A stretch of 64,000 bases of DNA, from IMG/VR virus record IMGVR_UViG_3300032325_000466, positions 32,001 to 96,000 of that record; one strand, given 5' to 3'. Below, piece after piece: positions 34,191 to 42,251 of this stretch (position 1 is its first letter; every line of letters begins with the position of its first letter). Origin of the DNA: a virus. A program made the translations under genes and the position numbers. Under the pieces are notes generated by a model. That model saw only the letters and a program-made list of their open reading frames with translations, made no database searches and was not told the origin of the DNA.

Positions 34191-35030
34191 TTATTTACGC
34201 TTGCGTGATTCAGCTACTGGGCTTTTGGTATTAGTACCAGCAGCTTGAGTTGTAGTTGGCTTAGGTGCTGCCATTAAATCTTGATTTCTTTGTGCTGGTG
34301 AATTTTTCCAGTTGGTAGCATCTTTAACTTGACCTTCGCCCTTTGAGTATGCATTGCTTGGGCCTTTTGGACCTGTTGGAACTGATTCAGTATTACCTGA
34401 GAATTTTACTGGACGACTTGCCATTCCAGCTTGTCCTGAGTTATCAGCATATGTACTCTTTGGTTGTGAACCATTGTCACCACCAATCTTTGAACCATAT
34501 AGACCTTTCATTTGTTGAAGTTGAATAGCTTCCATCATTGCTTCTTCTTCATCATTATCTTGTTCCATATCTTTAGTTAAATCTTCACCATCTTCTTCTG
34601 CTTCGTCATCAAACTCAGCATCGGATTCATCATCAGATTCATCTTCGGAACCCATGATTTCTTCGAACTCAGCCATTAGTTGGTCTAGTTTATCTTCTAG
34701 GTCAACTACGCGATCTTCTAGTTCTTCAGAATCTTCTTCATCATCAGAATCCATGTCGATGTCCATCATTTCATCTTCACCGTCATCCATGTCATCGAAT
34801 TCTAAATCTTCCTCTTCTTCGGACATACCTTCTTCTTCCATACCTATTTCGTCCATTAGTTGACCAACTTCACCAACGTACATAGAGTTTTCATCCATGC
34901 TGTCATCCATCATTGACTCATAGATTTCGCGTGATTTCTCAACTACGATATCATGAAATAGCGCACGAGCTTGTTCTTCATTCTCATTGATAATTAGATC
35001 AATAAGTTTTTCAAATTTTCTGTTATCCAT
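34191..35030 (-). CDS. highly acidic prohead core protein
   Basis: Position in the head module; long D/E-rich middle; late box and SD upstream. Confidence 0.7.
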   Translation of the reverse strand: MDNRKFEKLIDLIINENEEQARALFHDIVVEKSREIYESMMDDSMDENSMYVGEVGQLMDEIGMEEEGMSEEEEDLEFDDMDDGEDEMMDIDMDSDDEEDSEELEDRVVDLEDKLDQLMAEFEEIMGSEDESDDESDAEFDDEAEEDGEDLTKDMEQDNDEEEAMMEAIQLQQMKGLYGSKIGGDNGSQPKSTYADNSGQAGMASRPVKFSGNTESVPTGPKGPSNAYSKGEGQVKDATNWKNSPAQRNQDLMAAPKPTTTQAAGTNTKSPVAESRKRK

Positions 35031-35159
35031 TATAAATTTCTCCTAATAGAAATGGCTTTGTATGAGATATTTAGTGTGTAGTTAAAAAAACAACGCAATA
35101 AGTGCTATTTTTTAACTTTTATTGTGAAAACTACATTACAACCGTAGTTTTATTGATTT

Positions 35160-35393
35160 TTATAGAGAGGGAGCGGCGCCTTCGGCTGCGGCCGGTGCAC
35201 CGTATTGTTGATGGATTTTTTTAAGATATTTTACTTTTTCATAATTACGAACATCAGTCATCTTTCGTAATTTACGAATTTGTTTAAGAGTTAATTTAGT
35301 CTTTCGGCTTTCTTTCCATTTTGGACTACTGTGGTCAGAAGCCACATCTTGGTATCCGGGAATCGCAGCGTTGAACATTTCTAATAGTCGCAT
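35160..35393 (-). CDS. small head-module protein (77 aa)
   Basis: RKTKLTLKQIRKLRKM motif; late box GATAAATA and SD AGGA. Confidence 0.75.
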   Translation of the reverse strand: MRLLEMFNAAIPGYQDVASDHSSPKWKESRKTKLTLKQIRKLRKMTDVRNYEKVKYLKKIHQQYGAPAAAEGAAPSL

Positions 35394-35426
35394 TTTTATG
35401 TCCTATATAGTATTTATCAAATAAAA

Positions 35427-37226
35427 TTATATTGCGCCTGGTGGAGCTCCAACGGCGCCGGCGGCTTCAGGTGATCCAGGGGTTGGAGTATTTACAGGAG
35501 CAATAATTTCAGGTGCTTCGCCTTCAGGTTGCTCGGCTGCTTCAGCCTCTTCACCAGTATCAATATCACTTTGAATATCACCTGAACTAATACCAATACT
35601 TCGTAGATCATTGCCTTTTGGTTCAATATCAACTTCTTTGTTATTTTCTTCACGCCACATTTTTTCGTTTTTGTTGATTTCTTCTTCAGTTAATCCCAAG
35701 AATCTTTCTAGTGCAAATCGCTTGCTTATATAGGGATATTGTTCTATTGAAGAAAATGTAGATACTCTAGCAGTATCCATTTCTGCTTGACGATAACTTG
35801 CAAAGTTTTGCGGTGGATTAAATTCTAGTGCGAATAAACCAGAATCAATGTTTAGGCCGCGCCATCTTAAAAATAGTTTAAACTCATCATCTAGCTTTCT
35901 ACAAATATATCCCTGCAATCTTTCACAGTATTGGTTGAATCTAAACTCTTGAATCATGGCAGTACCAACTCTACCATCACTAAGTGGGGTAGCATTATCG
36001 TCAGGACCAGTTGGTAAGTATGAACTTGGTACTCGCAATCCACGAGCTAATCTGTTATTAAAGTAGCGCAGATCATCAATCTCACCCAAATTCTGACCAC
36101 CGGGTAACATTTCTACAGTACTTCCTCTACCATCTGCTGTAACTGGGAAGAAATAATCTTCATTCATACTCAGTGGATTATAGGTAGCATCAACTATCGC
36201 TTGACCACCCTGTATGCTTGGAATCCTACGCTGATGTATTTCATTTTTAACACGATCAACGAATGCCATGGCCATGTGTGATGGCATATTACCAACGTCA
36301 ATCTTAAACATTCTGCGCTCAGGTGCTCGCTGAACACGATAAATTAAAATTGCATCTTCTAATAATTCTTTTTGTTTATAAACTTTAAAGATGTTTTCTA
36401 GTATGGACTGACCAAATGGCCAAAATCTATCTAGACCCTCAGTTAAACTTAAATGAACCACGTGCTTAGAATCAATAGCAGATTCGTTAAATCCCAATGA
36501 AAATCTACTACCTGTAGTGTTATATGGCATAGCAGGTACTGTATAGCCACCACTTCCACCACCGCCACCTGTACCACCTAATCCAGTTGCTGGATTGGCT
36601 GCAAAGTCAGTATTTGTTTTTTGAGCTACGGTTAGATTTTCCAAGTTAATGTTAATATCTTTGATAACATACTGTTCAGGTTTTTTACCCTCACTTTCAT
36701 TAACAATTACTTTAATAACTTTGGTCATATCTACCCAGTATAGCTTAAAGTTTTCTGGATCTCTAACAAATACTTGATCACCATATTTCACAGTGTTTCT
36801 AAATATTTTGAATATTCTAGTATCCATTTCATTTAGTTTACACCATTGCTGTAGCTGAGTTTTTAATAGTTCAATCTCATGTGGAGTAGGATCTTCTTTG
36901 AATTTTAATGCAAATGGAGTTTGATTGTGTTCGTTCTTTTGGGTACTAAACTCTGAAATGATATCTAAACATGCGTTGATTTCAGCATCTACGTCCATCA
37001 TTTCATATTGATTATAGCGTTCGATACGATTTGGGTGACCTGTATAAACTTCTGGTAATCTGCTACCATAGTTTTTATAACCAAATTCGTTATTGTCCCA
37101 ACCACCAGTAGGCGATCCATTTTGTCCTGGACTACCATTCCAAGCGCCTTTATTGCTATTTCCGCCCGAAATTGGGCTCATGGTGCCTGTTGCGTTTATT
37201 CTAGTAAATCGTTTTTTGTAGGTCAT
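35427..37226 (-). CDS. gp20: portal protein (T4 gp20-like)
   Basis: EDAILIYRVQRAPERRMFKIDVGNMP, EDYFFP, LPGGQNLGEIDDLRYF, LRVPSS. Confidence 0.96.
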   Translation of the reverse strand: MTYKKRFTRINATGTMSPISGGNSNKGAWNGSPGQNGSPTGGWDNNEFGYKNYGSRLPEVYTGHPNRIERYNQYEMMDVDAEINACLDIISEFSTQKNEHNQTPFALKFKEDPTPHEIELLKTQLQQWCKLNEMDTRIFKIFRNTVKYGDQVFVRDPENFKLYWVDMTKVIKVIVNESEGKKPEQYVIKDININLENLTVAQKTNTDFAANPATGLGGTGGGGGSGGYTVPAMPYNTTGSRFSLGFNESAIDSKHVVHLSLTEGLDRFWPFGQSILENIFKVYKQKELLEDAILIYRVQRAPERRMFKIDVGNMPSHMAMAFVDRVKNEIHQRRIPSIQGGQAIVDATYNPLSMNEDYFFPVTADGRGSTVEMLPGGQNLGEIDDLRYFNNRLARGLRVPSSYLPTGPDDNATPLSDGRVGTAMIQEFRFNQYCERLQGYICRKLDDEFKLFLRWRGLNIDSGLFALEFNPPQNFASYRQAEMDTARVSTFSSIEQYPYISKRFALERFLGLTEEEINKNEKMWREENNKEVDIEPKGNDLRSIGISSGDIQSDIDTGEEAEAAEQPEGEAPEIIAPVNTPTPGSPEAAGAVGAPPGAI

Positions 37227-37245
37227 AGAGTATTTAGTATTAAAG

Positions 37246-39864
37246 TTATGATTGTCTTAATATTTTCTGTTGTATATCCACGCCCTCAGACAAATAACTA
37301 ATCATAGTATCAAATTTGTTTATCATAGCTTCAATCATTTCGGTTGAAACCCCACTTGAACCGGTGTTAGGCATCATTGCAGCAGCTTCACTAGGAGATG
37401 CTGTAAGCATTTTAGCTAAAATAGAGTTTGGGTCAAGTGGTGCTACCAACTCATTACCATGAAGTTCTACTGGAAATCCCATATTTGATCCTGAGAATAT
37501 TCCACCTGCTCTGGCCTGCGGGATTTTTGCACTAATAGCCATTAGTTTAGCCCCGTAATCAGGATCTGTCGCATATCCTGTTTTAGCTTGTGCTGAAACA
37601 GCCTCTTCAAACGAGTTAGCCGCCAATACACCCTTGTATCTTGAATTTTTTTGTAAAAATCTAATATAATCAGCCGCAGATTCTTCCATAGAAGAATACG
37701 TCATAAATTTATCTTTAATAGTTACCATCTTACCATTAATAAATTCTTGTGTTGACAGGGCTGCTGTAGTAGAATCTTTGCGAAAATCTTTAATACCAAA
37801 ATAATTATTATTGGGAGCGTGTTTTCCGTATCCAGTTTCTAATGCAGATTGTGCTGTACCTAATTTGGCTATAGCTTCAGGGTTGGATACTCCGGCAGAT
37901 TTAGCCGCTAGCAATAAAGATTGATACATCCTGTCAGTAAAGCCTTGTGGGCGATTATTTTCCCCTGCGCCACCTGCAGCCGTATTGGCGACTGCCGCAC
38001 CACCTGCCGCGCCACCTGCCGCGCCGGTTCCTGTAGATCCTGCTACTGATGTTACCGAGGACGATGCTGCTAATCCTAATCTATTAGCTTCAGCATTAGA
38101 TTGATTAGGATCTCTTCCTTGCAATACCTCTAATCTATCTTTCTTAGTTTGTAGCTCTTTTTTTCCACCTTGAGTTAAACTAGTAGGATCGAGTCTAGAT
38201 AGGCGATCAACGTCACTTGTTAATTCTTTTATTTCTTTCTTTGTTCTTCTTCTAGTTTGGTCTTCCTTAGAACCTATATCCAATTTGAAAGTATCTGCTA
38301 TCCAATCAACCATTGATGTTAGTGCGTCTGCGAAGGCCGTTAGCGCCGTATTTACTGGGCCTTGTATTAGCTTATACAGCGAATCCATAGCCTCTTTTGT
38401 TTTTTTCTCTGCTTCTAATCTTGCGTTTTCAGCTTTTAATGTAGGATCTTTTGCTGCTGCTTCATCAGACATTTTGGCTTTATATCTAGCTTTTTCTTCT
38501 TCATATGCCTTTTTGCCTGCTTCTGTATTTCTATTTGTTTGTATGGCGGCTAATCGTCTAGCATCATTATCTATTCCAAATGTTTTTTGTAGTTCAATAG
38601 ATGCTTGTCCATATGCATATGCACTTTCTCCAAATTCATCTGTGAACTTTTTAGTTACTCTTGTAGTTTCTTCCATATAAATATCGAAGCCATCTTCTCC
38701 TCGCTCAAGGGCATCATTTAATTTTTTAAAATTAAAACCACTAGCCAGTACATAAGCACTTTGTTCTGTATATACCTCCCCATTTTTACTAGCAGCCAAT
38801 TGTAATAGACCAGTGGCTGCTTTTGCATCTCTAGTGGACATTGCTAGTTGTCCAAATGCTGTTTTTGCCTGTATTACCCGACCAACTTCATCTGCTCGGG
38901 CTTGTAATTCAGCTTTTTTTGTTTTGTCCAAAGTAGCATCTGCTTGGGCTTGTAACTTATCTCTTTCTATACCTTTAGCAAATAAATAAGCATTAAAATT
39001 TTCTTGTGCTAATGCTTTATCTCTTGCTTCTTGCTGTTGCTTTATAGTAGTTCCCGTTAGTGCAGCCAATACTGTCAATGATTCTATATACTCATCTGCA
39101 CCTTTTCTTTGTTTTTCAACGCTTCTAGCTAGGGTTAATCCAGCGTTGGTGGTTGTTCTAATATAATCGGCTTGTAATTGAGTAACTTCTTCTTGTGAAA
39201 ATCCCAATCTACGATATGCTGCTCTTTGTTCCTCGGTAGTTGCTGCCAACTGTGCAAACTTTTTTATCCCTTCACCGGTTGAACCACCTAACGCAATTAA
39301 CCCACTGCCCAACGATTTAACTGGTTTAATTAAACCCTCAAGATTACGAGTACCGTACCCTGCAGTTTCTGCAAATTTTAATAGATCAGATGTGGTTATG
39401 GAAGCCGCGGCGCCAATCTCACCTAAATCATTATATGATTTTATTAGTTTTTCATTACCTTCGGTTACTGTTTCTACTGCAAAACTAATTACCTTAATAA
39501 TTCCGCCTATAGCCTTACCAAAAACACCAATACTTCCTACAAGATCAGCTAATCCAGTTGACGCAGTTTTTAGACTAGCATTATATTTTGACATTCCTCC
39601 TTCTGTACTAAGGAGAGCTTTACCAAAGCCTGAGCTAGCGCCGAGGAATTGAGTTTTAAACTGGCCAAGGGCTTGATTTACCTCGTCCCTTCTTTTTTTC
39701 TCTTCTGCTAGTGCTTGGTTGTTTGATCTTCTTGCGTCCCTTTCTAATCCTGTTTCCCTCCTACCACTCAACATTTCGGTAGTCCAATTATCTACAGCCT
39801 CTCTAGAAGCTTGCAATGAAGCTTCAAGGTCGCGCAAATATTCGGGATCTAAATTATCAGCCAT
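37246..39864 (-). CDS. tape-measure-like protein with C-terminal glucosaminidase (FlgJ-type) domain
   Basis: Long helical Ala/Lys/Glu-rich region; AQSALETGYG...NNYFGIK...GYATDPDY motif. Confidence 0.85.
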   Translation of the reverse strand: MADNLDPEYLRDLEASLQASREAVDNWTTEMLSGRRETGLERDARRSNNQALAEEKKRRDEVNQALGQFKTQFLGASSGFGKALLSTEGGMSKYNASLKTASTGLADLVGSIGVFGKAIGGIIKVISFAVETVTEGNEKLIKSYNDLGEIGAAASITTSDLLKFAETAGYGTRNLEGLIKPVKSLGSGLIALGGSTGEGIKKFAQLAATTEEQRAAYRRLGFSQEEVTQLQADYIRTTTNAGLTLARSVEKQRKGADEYIESLTVLAALTGTTIKQQQEARDKALAQENFNAYLFAKGIERDKLQAQADATLDKTKKAELQARADEVGRVIQAKTAFGQLAMSTRDAKAATGLLQLAASKNGEVYTEQSAYVLASGFNFKKLNDALERGEDGFDIYMEETTRVTKKFTDEFGESAYAYGQASIELQKTFGIDNDARRLAAIQTNRNTEAGKKAYEEEKARYKAKMSDEAAAKDPTLKAENARLEAEKKTKEAMDSLYKLIQGPVNTALTAFADALTSMVDWIADTFKLDIGSKEDQTRRRTKKEIKELTSDVDRLSRLDPTSLTQGGKKELQTKKDRLEVLQGRDPNQSNAEANRLGLAASSSVTSVAGSTGTGAAGGAAGGAAVANTAAGGAGENNRPQGFTDRMYQSLLLAAKSAGVSNPEAIAKLGTAQSALETGYGKHAPNNNYFGIKDFRKDSTTAALSTQEFINGKMVTIKDKFMTYSSMEESAADYIRFLQKNSRYKGVLAANSFEEAVSAQAKTGYATDPDYGAKLMAISAKIPQARAGGIFSGSNMGFPVELHGNELVAPLDPNSILAKMLTASPSEAAAMMPNTGSSGVSTEMIEAMINKFDTMISYLSEGVDIQQKILRQS

Positions 39865-39875
39865 ATCATTTACCC

Positions 39876-39900
39876 ACTAAATAGCAATACTGTATTTAGT
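39876..39900. promoter_or_regulatory. overlapping back-to-back T4-type late promoters
   Basis: ACTAAATA (+, 39876-83), 9 bp, then TATTTAGT (minus-strand ACTAAATA, 39893-900), between divergent genes. Confidence 0.7.
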
Positions 39901-39939
39901 CTTACTAAAAATACATCTTTTTCTTAAATAGGAACAGTT

Positions 39940-40770
39940 ATGATTCAAGAAAACAACCCACTAAAACAATATTTTCGTAGACCAGCCATATATGTAAAAT
40001 TACCAAGTGAAGGTAAGTATTATAATTCCTCTACAGTATCAATGCCTGACAACAAAGAATTACCTGTTTTTCCAATGACTGCTATCGATGAAATTACTGC
40101 TAGAACTCCTGATGCGCTATTCAATGGAGAAGCAGTAGCAGACATAATTAGAAGCTGTATGCCCAATATCAAAGATCCATGGGCAATAGTAAACATGGAT
40201 CTTGATGCTATTTTAATCGCAATTAGAACTGCAACAAATGGTAATAACATGGAAATTGAATCTATGTGTACTAAATGTTCAGAAGAATCAAAGTATGATA
40301 TAAACTTAGTTGGTATACTAGCAGGACTAAAACCAGGCAATTATGACCAAGAATTATTACTAGGTGAGTTATCCATTAAGTTTAAACCATTAACCTATAA
40401 AGAAATTAATCAAATTAATACATCTCAATTTGAGATACAACGAGGATTTGCCCAATTAGACGCTATAACAGAACTAGAAGCAAAAAATGAGAAGATCAAA
40501 GAACTACTTATTTTAACCACTAGACTAACTTCACAAGCCATTACTAATAATATTGAATATATTAAAACCCCTTCAGCCTTCGTACAAGAAAAAGAATATA
40601 TATTGGATTTTTTAAACAATTGTGATAAAAATACATACGATATGATCAAAGAGTTTAATGTAAAATTAAAAGAAGGCACTGACATGAAACCCTTAAAGGT
40701 AAAGTGCATACACTGTCAACATGATTACGAACAACCATTTACATTAAACATGTCTGATTTTTTCGGCTAA
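39940..40770 (+). CDS. baseplate hub assembly protein (gp26-like)
   Basis: NPLKQYFRRPAIYVKLPSEGKYY, MTAIDEI, TPDALFNG, CxxC pairs. Confidence 0.85.
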   Translation: MIQENNPLKQYFRRPAIYVKLPSEGKYYNSSTVSMPDNKELPVFPMTAIDEITARTPDALFNGEAVADIIRSCMPNIKDPWAIVNMDLDAILIAIRTATNGNNMEIESMCTKCSEESKYDINLVGILAGLKPGNYDQELLLGELSIKFKPLTYKEINQINTSQFEIQRGFAQLDAITELEAKNEKIKELLILTTRLTSQAITNNIEYIKTPSAFVQEKEYILDFLNNCDKNTYDMIKEFNVKLKEGTDMKPLKVKCIHCQHDYEQPFTLNMSDFFG

Positions 40771-40775
40771 GGCTT

Positions 40776-40994
40776 TTGAATCTTGGACACGAGGGTGTTC
40801 AAAAGCTGTTGGACGTAATGGAAAATGATGCAAACGAAATTAAAACATCAGCCCTTAAATTATCTTGGTACATGAGGGGAGGTGTCTCTTATGAAGATAT
40901 ACTTAATATGTCTACTTATGAGAGAACCCAATTAAATGAGATCGTTAAATCTAATTTAGAAACTACTAAGAAATCTAACTTACCATTCTTTTAA
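40776..40994 (+). CDS. small baseplate hub assembly protein (gp51-like)
   Basis: SWYMRGGVSYEDILNMSTYER; follows the gp26-like gene; start uncertain (TTG 40776 or ATG 40818). Confidence 0.65.
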   Translation: MNLGHEGVQKLLDVMENDANEIKTSALKLSWYMRGGVSYEDILNMSTYERTQLNEIVKSNLETTKKSNLPFF

Positions 40995-41003
40995 TCAACT
41001 CAC

Positions 41004-41050
41004 TAACATACCAGTCTTGTGGTTATTAACGAGATTGGTATGTTATTTTT
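41004..41050 (+). terminator. probable terminator hairpin
   Basis: 14-bp stem taacataccagtct/agattggtatgtta followed by a T-run. Confidence 0.6.
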
Positions 41051-41229
41051 ATCCATTATTATTCATTTATATCAAACTATCCTCATCTAAAGTTGTCTTA
41101 CAGACAACTAATCCCTTCACTTATCTTCGCTACGCTCAGATTAAGTTCGGTATTCTTTTTAAAGAGTAAATTAGTATCATTAATCTTAAAACTCTTACTG
41201 GATATTAACAACTGCATATATTACTACTC

Positions 41230-41650
41230 ATGCTGCTCAGAAGCCATGGTAGTGCTATTTCAGCACTACCAATGGATCTAACATGCTATGCTGTCGTCGA
41301 CCAATCGCTATCTTCCCCCACATAATCAGCCACTATTAAGTGCTACTATGTGCCACCGGTTGCTCTGTAAAGTATTTACGGGACTGTAGTTGAGACTTGA
41401 ATCTACACAAGGAGATCCGCCATCTCAGCAACGCATGTTCTACAACATCAAGATAGAGTAGTTGTAGACTCATTCAGGGTTCGCTGCAACGAGAGCCCTG
41501 TCGGTGTTCCACACCATATATACTAGCTTACAATTTGCAAAAAAGAAGCTTTTGAAAAATATATATGCTGCGCTTTGCTCCAGAATCCGTCGGCAACGAG
41601 CCTTACCTCGGCTGACTCAAGGAGGGTCGAGGAACCTCGACCAAACAAAT
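41230..41650 (-). ncRNA. candidate large structured non-coding RNA (strand uncertain)
   Basis: GC-enriched, no credible ORF, at least 8 stems (41244-75, 41412-26, 41439-68, 41475-500, 41503-15, 41625-42 and others). Confidence 0.55.
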
Positions 41651-41652
41651 TG

Positions 41653-42216
41653 TTAGTTGATTGCTTTGGTAGCTGTAGGGTTATCTGAAGGTTTTGACTT
41701 GGTGTCTATGGTTTGAGAATATGATTTAAGAAGGTCTTTGTTTAGTTTAAAAAATTGTTCAAATTCAATTAATACCCAATCTTGATACTTTTTTGATGTG
41801 TAATACATAAAATTATCAGTGATCCAAGTAAGTTTACTTTGCACTGCAATGAAACGACCCTTGCGGTTAAATTTCATAAAAAGAATGTTTACATCATCTA
41901 TTTCTGCAACGGCCATCAATTGCTCTATCCAGCCGTCTAATACTTTACTATCGCCTGCAAGTACTGCATGAAAAGGAAAGTCTGCGTAAGATTTACATTC
42001 AATGTTCATTTTACTAAAGCTTTGACCAGGAACAATGTCACCTTTAAAGGATCTGATCTGCCCCTCATGCAAAAACTCTGTACGACTTTGATTCTTTCCA
42101 CCAACATATGCCCCTGAACCAGGTGCCCTGATAAAGCTCTCTTCATATAGCTTGGATAGAAAAGTCGCAACTTCTCGTTCAAAACTACTTCCTTTGGCTT
42201 TTTGTGGACTAGGCAT
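41653..42216 (-). CDS. Holliday junction resolvase-like PD-(D/E)xK nuclease
   Basis: KAKGSSFEREVA...GDIV...IECKSY. Confidence 0.85.
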   Translation of the reverse strand: MPSPQKAKGSSFEREVATFLSKLYEESFIRAPGSGAYVGGKNQSRTEFLHEGQIRSFKGDIVPGQSFSKMNIECKSYADFPFHAVLAGDSKVLDGWIEQLMAVAEIDDVNILFMKFNRKGRFIAVQSKLTWITDNFMYYTSKKYQDWVLIEFEQFFKLNKDLLKSYSQTIDTKSKPSDNPTATKAIN

Positions 42217-42251
42217 GTTAGTACTTATACTTTATTATCTGAGTTAAAAAA

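Noticed and set aside
41093-41281. 62-aa plus-strand ORF in the non-coding interval
   Set aside because: No SD or late box, atypical composition, and it overlaps hairpins; more likely incidental.
41380-41470. Group I intron R/S-like words (GTTGAGACT, AAGATAGAGT, ACTACAGTCC) and an RNase P-like GAGGTAAG
   Set aside because: P7 (GACU/AGUC) cannot be formed in a consistent order on one strand, there is no interrupted host gene, and the RNase P P4 partner is missing.
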